A stretch of 64,000 bases of DNA. Origin: Daphnia carinata (lineage: Eukaryota). Position 1 is the first letter of the stretch. Every line of letters starts with the position of its first letter. Shown here in pieces: positions 39,350 to 49,954 of the stretch. The DNA is taken from NCBI RefSeq assembly GCF_022539665.2, contig NC_081331.1, positions 9,920,001 through 9,984,000 on the forward strand. Direction: 5' to 3'. The notes beneath the pieces are model-generated. The model was given only the letters and a program-made list of their open reading frames with translations. It was not told the origin of the DNA and ran no database searches. The position numbers and the translations under genes are program-made.

Positions 39350-39970
39350 AAACTAACTTAGTTTCTTAATCCCAAGGATATACGGAAGTGAACTCCGCCA
39401 AGCAGAACCAAGTTAATAGCCTTGCAGGTCACGAAATTGTAAACGTTATCTTTGATGTGGGGAAAGGTTTACTGTTTGAGAAAGCAACCAACTGGACGTT
39501 TCGCACATAACGGCTTGTATTCTCAGAATCTAACTTGCGAGTCGAGTGGAAGTGAAACTATTAATCAGATTTTAATTAAAAATGTAACTTTTGTGAAGAG
39601 AAGGGATGTCAAACTTCTATAAAGTTATTGTTATTTCACATTTTTTTTAAGTTAATTATGCTGGCATGGTATGCGATAGCCTATACAGATGCTTTCGCTT
39701 CTTAAGCATGCCTTATAGATAGCGAAGTAAAATTTTCATCGAATTCCCATGCTGACGTGCATTGCTGCAGTTGCCATATGTGGGCACTGCGGTACCCATT
39801 GCCTTCCATTCCTACTTGTTCCTATGCTAACATGAAAGTGTGCCTCCTTTGCGAGACTTAACAACCAACAGTGTCTTATTAATAAAACATCATTCGCTAT
39901 TTAGCTTTTTCGGAAATAGCAGATGTGTGAAGAGACTTCAAATAAATGAAAAAAAATGGGTTTAGTATGT
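39350..39970 (+). pseudogene. Degenerate tandem duplicate of the 37083-39325 unit with the coding region deleted
   Basis: Colinear blocks: 39350-39618 ~ 37083-37350; 39686-39720 ~ 37492-37530; 39750-39781 ~ 37766-37797; ATGAAAGT at 39832 ~ start codon context at 38161; 39879-39969 ~ polyA region 39234-39325. Confidence 0.75.
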
Positions 39971-42140
39971 TTTCGCCAACGATTATTCATTGAATCGCAT
40001 GGCGTCTCGTCTACCAACGAGACTGTTCTCGAGTTTCATTTACATAAACGTGACTAATGAACAGCCGACTTTTGTGCGTTTGACATTTGGCACGTTGTAA
40101 TATAAGCATACGTGTTATTTTCCTTATGCTGCGATTCGCCAGAAAGCACAGCGTGATATCCCCCGTTTTTCGTGAGAAATCCCTCTCTAATCCCCCTTTG
40201 TTGGTGGTAAGAAGACTTTTCTACAAACAAGCACGTTAGGTATGGATTGTACAAGAGAAGATTAGCTGAATTTTCAATAGGTACACGAAAAAAAAATTCA
40301 AACTTTAATTCCTTATTTTTCTTTTAGGGGGCTCTTCAAAGCGCAAGATCCTTGGTCTACATCGATGAATTGTAAGTAGTTGAAAGGAGAAAGGTACGGT
40401 CATTTCACAGAGCCTCCAGGCGAATGAAGACACAGACACAGCAAGTCAAACGGCAGAAGGAAAAAAAAAATAGAAAAGAAAGGAGAGGATGAAACAAATT
40501 AGAAAACAGAATCATAAATTCATCTTACCCCCCCAGGACGATTGTGTATACAGGTGAATGTAAAATCTCATTTCAAACACAAAGCGAACCTAGTCATCTT
40601 CTTGGCATTTTCTTTTGGTTTTATCTCCAAGAAGAAAATGGCAATTGTTTTGTAATTTTTTTTTTGAAAGGTCCAATGGAAACAAAACCTTCTTTACGTT
40701 GAGCGTGAACGTTTCCTGCGGGTCCAAATATCGTATATACAGAACCTCGTTATCGTGTCGGTGTCACCTGTATTTTAATACCTGACAGATGGTGGGAAAG
40801 TTTGAAGCAAAAAATCAGCCAAGAAAGTTTGGCAAGACCTTGAGTTCTTTGGCTGTCCATGTAGTGAAAAGAGTTCATTATGTTTCTTGCTGATGGGTAT
40901 CCCATTTTCACCTGTGACTGTAAACGCGACTGCCATAATTGCTGATTTGTTTTTACGACAATTTCCAAACAAAACTCAAACTACCAGATTTTTCCAGCCA
41001 TGAAAATGTGCCACGAACATGGCGAAGAAAAACATTTTCCCCAGTTTTTTTTTTTGCTTTGTTTTGTTTTGAAACAGAAAGTTACATGAGGTAGACGGCT
41101 TGTGATCCGTGTAAAAATGACGAAGGCGTTTGTGAACGCATCGCTTTCGGGGTGTGTGTATTTTATGGAAATTATTTTTAGAAAGGTTAGACCTTGAATG
41201 CAAAACTACTACCTAAAAGTAGAGATGTAGCAAATGCGAGTAATCGGATGATTCATGGGTGTACCATCTTTAACAATGACGATGAGCAGAAAAAAAGGGT
41301 GGGAAAAGACCTTGTGCTTTTTCAACGTCTTTCACATGCCGTTCTGCGTGCAAATACCGACACTCTTGAATCGTCGCCTTCTTCATAATGTAGCCAACTG
41401 CTCATCAAACATGCTCATTTGCATCGTACTGGCTCTATTCCCCTGTAGTTCTTTTGCTGCCTTTTATTTTTTTTTTGTACAATTTTAGACATGCTCACGG
41501 TGAAAGGAAATGATGCGTTCTCTTTTCACTGTATGGCAATGAAGCGTTACAACTCCCGCAAGGCTTGTCATCTCATAGGCATACGCAGTTAGGTAGATGA
41601 AACAAACGACGGTTAAACTTGTCATTTCGAAATTAAGTTTGCATGTTTGTTTTTTTAATAATAATAAAATCAGTCCTTGTATTAAATGCATGATTCAATC
41701 ACCTTTTAATAGCCAGTTTGTCGGCTAAATATTAAAAAAAAAAATATATATTGTTAGGATAGAAAAGGGGATACAATAAACCTTTAGATTGATTTATTTT
41801 CAGATTGACGTATATATGTAATAGCGCCAGTGGGAAATCCGATCGGAACGAGTTGATGGAACATCTACAACATAATTGCAATTTGTAGTTGCACACCGAC
41901 AAAGTCAAAAATTTTGAAAAACGTCTTCAAATCAAAACAAAAACAAAACAAATTGTTCTAAAACGTCAATTGCGAGATTTTACAGCATAGCGGATGAGGA
42001 CCAAATGGATTGTCGGGTATACAAACGGAACATAGTAGGCCACAAAAAAAACGGCAGGATTTCTAATTTACAAAAAAACAACTTGTGTTGTTTTCTTTTG
42101 TTTTTTTTTCCCAGGTCTTCTTCGCTCGTTTTCATTTCGT

Positions 42141-44167
42141 TTAGTAACTGTTTGCGCTGTAGGAGGAACCGCCTTTGATCTGGGTTTGCTTGTTGCCAGC
42201 GGCAAACGTGGCCGAACTGGCAGAAGCAGCAGCCGACACGCCTCGTCCGCCGAATGATGTGGATGACGCCCCAGCGCTGGCAGAAATTTGAATACCTGAA
42301 GCAGATGATGCAGCACCGGTTGATACTTTACCAGCCGATTCAGGAACGATACCGATGTTGGCGTTCAAGTTGAAGAACTGCTGACTGGAAGCACACTCAA
42401 CGTCGTGCCACCTGTGTTTTATTGGGTAAAGGCTAAAGCAATCGGTCTCATTTTGAGATAGTCGAAATGATACTGTACCACAAGCAGGCGAAGCTTTCCT
42501 GGCTGAAAATGGTTCCGTTAGGGCACAAGAAGGAGTTCTTGAAGACACCACCGTCGGCTCCAACCGAACAAATGTGGAACACCTGACAACGAGCTTCAAC
42601 GTCAGCGTAATATCCTGTTGTTTTTTTACATTCAAAAATAACCAGAGCGTGAAATAATGTTTTTGTGCTATGCAAATCTGTTAATAAGGATATGCCATAC
42701 CGTTAAGTTTGCCTTCGCAAGTGAAGGCCGTTTCAGGGATCTTGAAGAAAATTGGGTAGTCCAATTCCGGTTCGCCAGCGATAGACTCACGGAAGTCCCA
42801 GAAGAGGATTTCCTCTTGCGATTCGGTAAGGACGGGCTCAACGCTGGGCCTCTTGGTGGTCCTCGTGGTCGTAATAGGTCGTCGTGTAGTGGTAGTGGTG
42901 GTGGTGGGGAATTTCAATCCAGTGCCTTGGTTGCTGCTCGGTCCGAATTCAAGCGGGTTGTCCGGGGTGGGATAACTGTAGCCAGTGGTGGTCACGGGTT
43001 TACCTACGGGAGCTTTGGTAGTCGATGGTGGAAGATAATCCAAAGGAGGCAAAGTGGTCGTTCTAGTAGTGGTAGTGCGAGTGGTGGTGGTAGGACGGGT
43101 GGTGGTGGTGGTACGGGCAGTCGTACCGCGAGTGGTAGTGGTGGTACGGGCAGTGGTAGTGGTAGGACGAGTGGTAGTGGTGGTACGGGCAGTGGTGTAA
43201 GCAGTCGTAGTTACTGGACGAGGGGTAGTCCTAATGGGAACAGTAGGAGTCGGTCCGCAGTTGGGCCCGAGGGGGCGGCAGTTGGCACCCACACAGTTGG
43301 GGTCTACTTGGCAAGGGCCCAAACTGACCGACGGTCTGCGTGTCGTGGTACTCGTGACGGCGACTGGTGGGAGATAATCCAAAGGTGGCGCAGTGGTGGT
43401 TGGACGAGTAGCTGGACGGCTAGTCGTGGTTGTACGAGTTGTGGTGACGGCAACAACAGGCGTTGGTCGAGTGGTGGTCCTCACTGGAACTGTGGTCGTT
43501 TTGCAGTTCGGGCCAACAGGGCCACAGTTAGGTCCCAAGCAGAAAGGATCCACTTGGCAAGGGCCAAGAGTTGGGCGAGCCGGGGTAACAGCAACGGTAG
43601 GAGCTGGGCGAGTGGTGGTACGAACAGTAGTGTAGGCAGTCGTAGGAGCTGGACGAGCAGTGGTCCTAATTGGAACGGTGGGTGCAGGTCCGCAGTTGGG
43701 ACCAGTTGGCCGACAATTGGCACCCACGCAGTTTGGATCGACCTGGCAAGGTGCGACTGGACGGGCAGTGGTAACCGGTCGAACAGTAACAGCAACCTCG
43801 GGTTTTGGCAGCGAGAATGGCGGATTAGGCACCGGGTAAAAGTATCCATTGCTCTGTCCGACGCGACCGACACGTTTGCTAATGCGCGCACCGAATTCCT
43901 GGGCAGCGCCGCTAGCTACCAAACCAACTACAACAACCAATGATAATTAAAACTCACCACATCTCAGTCTTCTAATTCATTTTAATCAACTGTTGTTTTG
44001 TTTTTTGTTTTTTTAACCCAAAAAGTAAAATTGGATGGTATCGGTTAACCAGAATCATTTACAAAAAGGAGAGACAGAGAACAAGTGCGGACAAGAGAAA
44101 TCCGCACATAGTAAAGATGGCGACAGCACTACTTACCGATGCACAACAATAAGATATTCCTCAACAT
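42141..44167 (-). CDS. Secreted mucin-like (Thr/Arg/Pro-rich) chitin-binding type-2 domain protein, 4 exons, 554 aa
   Basis: Exons 44167-44137, 43927-42701, 42614-42479, 42411-42141 (1665 nt, GT-AG). Signal peptide MLRNILLLCIVGLVASGAA. Contains GYFYPVP/GYSYPTP and LDYLPP motifs, ChtBD2 FTCEGKLNGYYADVEARCQVFHIC…SFLCPNGTIFSQESFACLWWHDVEC, and an A/S/G-rich tail ending SYSANSY*. Confidence 0.92.
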
Positions 44168-44259
44168 GTTGATGGCACTTGTTTATTTACTGTTGTGGGT
44201 ATCGCTTTTCAAATTTCCACTGCGAAGAGAAGACCGTTGATGTTGTTCGATATACGAGC

Positions 44260-44304
44260 AACTGAATGTGATGCGGTTTGCCATCGACGTGACGAGCTTT
44301 TATA
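44260..44304 (-). promoter_or_regulatory. TATA box plus initiator of the mucin-like chitin-binding gene
   Basis: Minus-strand TATAAAA (44304-44298) and TCAGTT (44265-44260), about 95 nt before the ATG. Spacing is slightly longer than canonical. Confidence 0.6.
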
Positions 44305-45804
44305 CAGCACACAGGGAGAGAAGGGAGTTTGTGATGAAGCCCTATCTGGGAAAAAAAAAAAAAAGAAGAAGAAGAACCACCGTTCACCACGGTCGAAAGA
44401 GAGAGAGGCATCTTCTTCTTCCCTTTCGCTTTCTAGCTGAGAACTCGCTAGCTGGTGGGCGTTTCTTTGATGGAATGGGTCAGAGATGAGTTTCAAGTCA
44501 GCACACATACACAAACACACGCGGTCGCATACACATAAGAAAAGTGACGGGAGAATTGAGGAGGAACCCACGAGAATCCCAACATTTGTGTACAATAAAA
44601 GGAAAGAGAAAAAAAAAAATAATAAAACAAAACCCCCCCTCCTGAAAGAAATGAAAGGAAAGAGATCGACGGGGTTGCATACTGTCTACAAAAGCTTACA
44701 ATACACAGAAAAAAGAAAAAAAAAAGAGGTGGTTTGGGAAGGTTGTTTTGATGATAATGATGATGGTCCTCTTGGCGATGATGATGATGATGGGAAAAAT
44801 GTTTTTAAAAAAGGGGGATGGGGGGAAAGAGAAAATGCATGGGTCTACAGGAGAAGACCTACAGGAGGCATTAAAAAAAATAAATAGGGAAGAAAAATAT
44901 TCAAACCTAAAAATATATGGATAGAGGGGGGTTCGATCGGCTGGAGGAAAAAACACCTGCAATGACCTGGAACGAAGCTGGGTCTGGAACACGCGCATTC
45001 ATTAACGGCCACGTTCCATTAATGCTGACCCTACTAGACAGTGGAACTCGAAGAAATCATCTTCCATCAAATTTGATGGCGCCATCATTTTCCAATCTAT
45101 ATAGTCCCCTTTTCTCTTTCCATTTATGGACGTGCGCCGTTGAAAAAAAAAAAAGCAACTCGTGAAAGTGAATTTGAGAGTTGAAAAAAAAAAAATTCAA
45201 AAAGAATGAAGAGCTTAAAAAGATGCGTATATTCCGTGTGGCACTGCCACTATTCCGACTGGACAACATCGATGTAGTCGCACGTACACCGGTGCTACAC
45301 GGGGCATCGGTTAGGTCAGCTGAAATGAAAGTCGAAGAGAGAGAAAAGAGAATGTTGCATGGCAGGATTTTTGGCTATCGTGGGTTTTTACTATGGCGCA
45401 TCTTGAAGCCAATCACAGCAACAACAACAACAACAAAAAAAAGAGGGGATAACAAGAAAAAAGAAAAATTCCCAAAATAAAGAACAGTTGAAGAGAGGGG
45501 CGACAAGGAAGATATGAGGGCGGTCGGAGATGAAAGAAAAGACGATATACTTAAATAGACGGTAGGTGAAAGAGGAGATATTTAACACCACAAAAAAAAA
45601 GAAAGAACTATGAAGGTTTATACCGAAAATGAGCACAAAAAAAAAGGTAAATAAGAGAAGGAGAAAACACGAAAACTGCGGACGCACAATCCCATTTTCC
45701 CCCCATCTCATCGTATGTAGAAATTGGTTAAAAGGTGAAACGATAAAATGAAAAAAAAGAAAGAAAACGAATCGTGAAAACTTGTACGAAAAGTTGTACG
45801 TTCA

Positions 45805-45835
<31 letters not shown>

Positions 45836-48800
45836 CAATTTCACTTTCTTTTCGCTTTTCGTAGTGTACGGGGATGAGACTCGTGTAACTCTTGCAATCT
45901 ATGCGTATACAGATGAAAAGAATAGAGCCGAACCCGTTAAATTTTTTCTTTTTGCTTGACATGGTGATACATAATTGCATATCTAAAAAAAATAAAAAGA
46001 AAAAAGGGAAACAAGAATTCGAAATCTACTCGCACATACTTCGGCAGTGATCATTAGCATGACATCCATTTCCCAAACTTCCCACCGCCTGCCAAACCAC
46101 CTCCATAGAGTTCCGAGGAGGTCCCGACAGCTCCCGCTTCCACTTCTTTTTCTCACTCGTTTTGGCTTTCTACTTGCACAGTTTTCTTTCCCAGCTGAAG
46201 AAAGAAGAAACGAATTTTTTCCGAGAGTTAAACACGGTGTCATTTTCAATCGATTGAAATCATTTGACCTAAGAGATGGGGGCGACATTTTAAATGATAG
46301 CAATGTCACGATTTCGACGCCATCCGTTCGTGAATCCGCTCCCACTCTTATCAAGTCATTGCCACCGATCATGAAGAAAATGAAGGTGTGTTTTTTTCAA
46401 GATTCTCATGTAATTCTTTCATAACCCAATCATTGGCTTCCAAGGATTCGCGTGAGTGATGGACAAGTCACCCTTTTCTTGCCTCTCACTCAAACCTTTT
46501 GTTTAGCTCTTCGGGAAAAAAAAAATATGGAGGCCATACGCTGGCGTGCTGACTTGCCTCTTGGCGGTGGCCAAACGTGTAATTGTTGTTTTCTTGTTGC
46601 ACAGTCACAAAATCATTTGAAAAAAAAAAAGGCACTTGTCGAAATCAAAAGACGTCTTCTCTTTCACGAAGTCGGAGAGTAGAAGGGAATCGTGAATCAA
46701 TTAAAAACTCGACAAGAAGAAAACAAAAAAAAATAAGAAATTCTGAGAAATACAACATTTTTGATTGTCGCAAAGCCTTCCTTTCGCTCATCTTTCTGAA
46801 CAATGTCGTGCAACTAGACCAAGGATGTGAGTCCTCCTTTCCAAGGCTCTACGTGCTAGCACATGTGGCGACGATCTTAACGGAACTTTTTAAAGCACGT
46901 ACGTGTCTCTGAGACTTCGAAATAGACGTCGTGAAATTCATTTTTAATTATAATTCACCCGTCCAGCTGAATGAATAAAACTTCTGGTCTTGATCCGCTC
47001 TCGTGATTCAAAAAGCGTTAGATGCATCTCTTGAAAAATAACGCTACGCAATCGATGCAGTTTGATTTGATTTTGGTTCAATACACAAACAGGAATCGAA
47101 CAATGCAAATGGGATGGAACACAACGTTCGACGTTGAGTGGCTTCCCTTAGCTCAAAGAAGATGCCAAGTCCTTTGAAAACGCTATGGGTGTCGGCACGG
47201 TCGGGAGCTGATGAAAGGTCATAAGTTCCTCTCCGCAACAACCGCCAATGATTCATCAGATGGATCCCCTTCTCTTTTTTCACGCCGTCATCCTTTTTTT
47301 CTTTTTTTCTTTGGCAATGAGAAAAATTCCTTTTTTTTTTTTTTTATGGCACGGTACATAAAAATGGCAGTAGTCAATCTCGCCAGTTGGTTGGCAGTCG
47401 TCGAAATGGCGAAAACTCGTTGAAAATACAAAACAAAAAACTGCAGCATTTCAATACCCGAAAGGAAATGAAACAAAACTCAAAAGCTTCCGAACAAAAA
47501 CCTGTTGAATTTCTCGAACTTTCCTTCTATGCAAATATATGCACAGATGCTGTCAATGTCAAGGTAGGTTTTCTCTTTATTTTTTTTTTTTATTACAAAA
47601 CCCGGTGTGGAACATTAAAAAAGAAACGATAAAAACATTTTATTGTAGTTTTGAGATCCAACTTCGGCAACATGTTATTTATTTACTTTTGCTCAAAAGC
47701 TATTTGCATTTTTTTTTTTTTGCAATGGGGATATTTTAGCCTTGGATTTCTTCGTCGTTATCAAACCGAAGCGCTGAAATTCGTATGAGGCACAACGGTG
47801 ACATTGCGTAATGTTAATTCGTTGCTTAACTCTAGGACCATTCCGGAATTACGCAACGTTCCATTTGTAGGCAAGCCCGCATTTTTCGTGGAATGAGGAA
47901 GCCATAATATCTGGAACACTGATATGTAAATTCGCTGCTCTCATCATTTTCGAAAAGACTGTATGTTCGGGTAGATAATGATTGCCACCAAGGGAAAGAA
48001 CCCTAATTTGGGGTTGGTCACGATCAACAGCTGGAGATGCTCACGGCCAAAGATTTTGTCTCCTATGAATTCCACCAACACGACCGTCTTTGTTCCAAGT
48101 ATTTTTCGTTTTTTTTTTTTTCAAGGCCGGTCTCTTCCGTATTACAAGGTCACCCACCTTTCCCTTCATGTTCGTGAATATCAAAACACGATTGCGGATG
48201 GCACAAGCAGTTCAGACGAGCGGATAGAGAAAGGATGCTTTCGGAAGAGTTTATGTTCAAAACCGCAATGACCTTGAAATTCCGTAACCCCATCGTCGTT
48301 CGCAACACGATGAATTGATATCGAATGAAAAAAAAAATAATAAGGTCATCAGCCGAGTTTGAACGAAATCGAACGAAATGGAAATTCATACTCCCCCCCC
48401 CCCCCCAAAAAAAAAAAAATGAACGAAATATTGAGGTCGGTCGTCGGAGGGCGCAACGTGAGCATCTTGACGACAAAAAAAAAAAAAAAGGGTCAAAATG
48501 ACGAAAAAGACATTTCACTTTTTACATTCAACTTTTAAGGTAATGGTACTCAATACAGCGAACTCTTTTGGCCGAGTTTTTACGTCCTGAATGGACTGCC
48601 TTTTTCAAAAAGCGTCCGGCCGGACAGTATACTTGCCCTTTCTAATCTTCTTTCAATAGAGGAAGGATCCTAATTTCAAAGCAAAATCACACTATTAATA
48701 AAAAGCTGTAATTCAAATTTTTGTTTAAAATTATTTTTTACCTTCTCTTTTCTTACCGTCGCGAACGTCACTGCCATCTTTCATGACGTTTTTTTTTGTT

Positions 48801-49954
48801 GTTGTTGTCCCACTTTGACTTGCCCAACATGTTCGACTGTTCGCTAAAGGTGGAAATCGTGTCGTAGACAGTCGTGGATGTTTGACTAAACGACACGTCT
48901 TTCGCTGCGGGGACGTCTAAAGAGATCCGTATCGATGTCCTTTTGGCGTTCTCGAATGAAACTCCTTGAGTGACACAGAAAAAGGAGAGACGGTCGTAAA
49001 AATAAAGATGCGACCACCGGCCGCGTTTCCTGCGCGCGACAAAAGGGAGACATAAAAAAAAAAATTGACGACAACGATGGTTTTTTTTTTTCTTTTTTTT
49101 TTTTTGCCATGTTTTTATTGCTTCATTCAAAAGCAGTTGAAGAGATAAAAAACTAATAAGGGAATGCTGAGGAGAAAGGTTAAAAAAAAAAAATGAAAGA
49201 AAATTTTTGAAAAATGATTTTTAGTTTGACACTCATTGTATTCGCTTCGTGAATGAAAAAAAAAAAAAAGTCGTAATAAGATGCTACTGGACGGTGTAAA
49301 AAAATAGGATTCTTTTCAGTCAGAATCTTGGGGAAGATGGTGGGAGAGAAAAAAAAAATTAGTCCATCTGTTCCGAGTTTATCGTCCGTGTCTGACTTGA
49401 CAGGTGTTGGGAGCCGAAAAACAAAACAAAAATGATAAACGAAATCCTACGTTTTCGAACGGTTGGCTGATGTTGAAAGCATTCGATTATTATTTTTTTT
49501 TTTTTTTTTTTGCCATAGTATTATGTTACATGCGTCTGGCGTTTCGGGATAAGGGTGGATGAGGATGGAAAGAAAAAAAAAAGAAGAAGAAGGGGAAAGG
49601 CCATTTCAAAGGATGGCTCTCTTTCCGTACAAAATATACATGTTAGCGCTCTTAAATGGATGGAAAGCTTCGTATGTATAATAGGTTTTAAAAAAATAAA
49701 ATACCGGATGTTATGATCTTTTCGATTTTCTGATTCTGTTTTGGGGTTTGTTTTTTTTTTTTTTTGAAGGGGAGGGGAGTATTTTGCATATCGTCATCAT
49801 AGCTGATGATCGGTTTGGTAGCTTTCTCCACCACGAACGCGCCTACCTGGATCTCACAATTTCGATTCAAAATTTTTACTGTTATTATTGTTTGTTTTTG
49901 CTTTCTTTTTTGGTTGAAGGTGGGGAGAAGGTTCTGTCCGGTTGCATCCGCTTC

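Noticed and set aside
42657..43943. 428-aa plus-strand Gly/Ser/Arg-rich ORF
   Set aside because: Antisense shadow of the Thr/Pro-rich exon 43927-42701. It coincides with that exon, whose repetitive codon usage avoids reverse-strand stops.
44300..49900. Numerous Lys-rich or Phe-rich short ORFs here, in 400-4200 and in 52900-60000
   Set aside because: They are translations of poly(A)/poly(T) runs in UTR or intergenic DNA, with no domain features or consistent exon structure.
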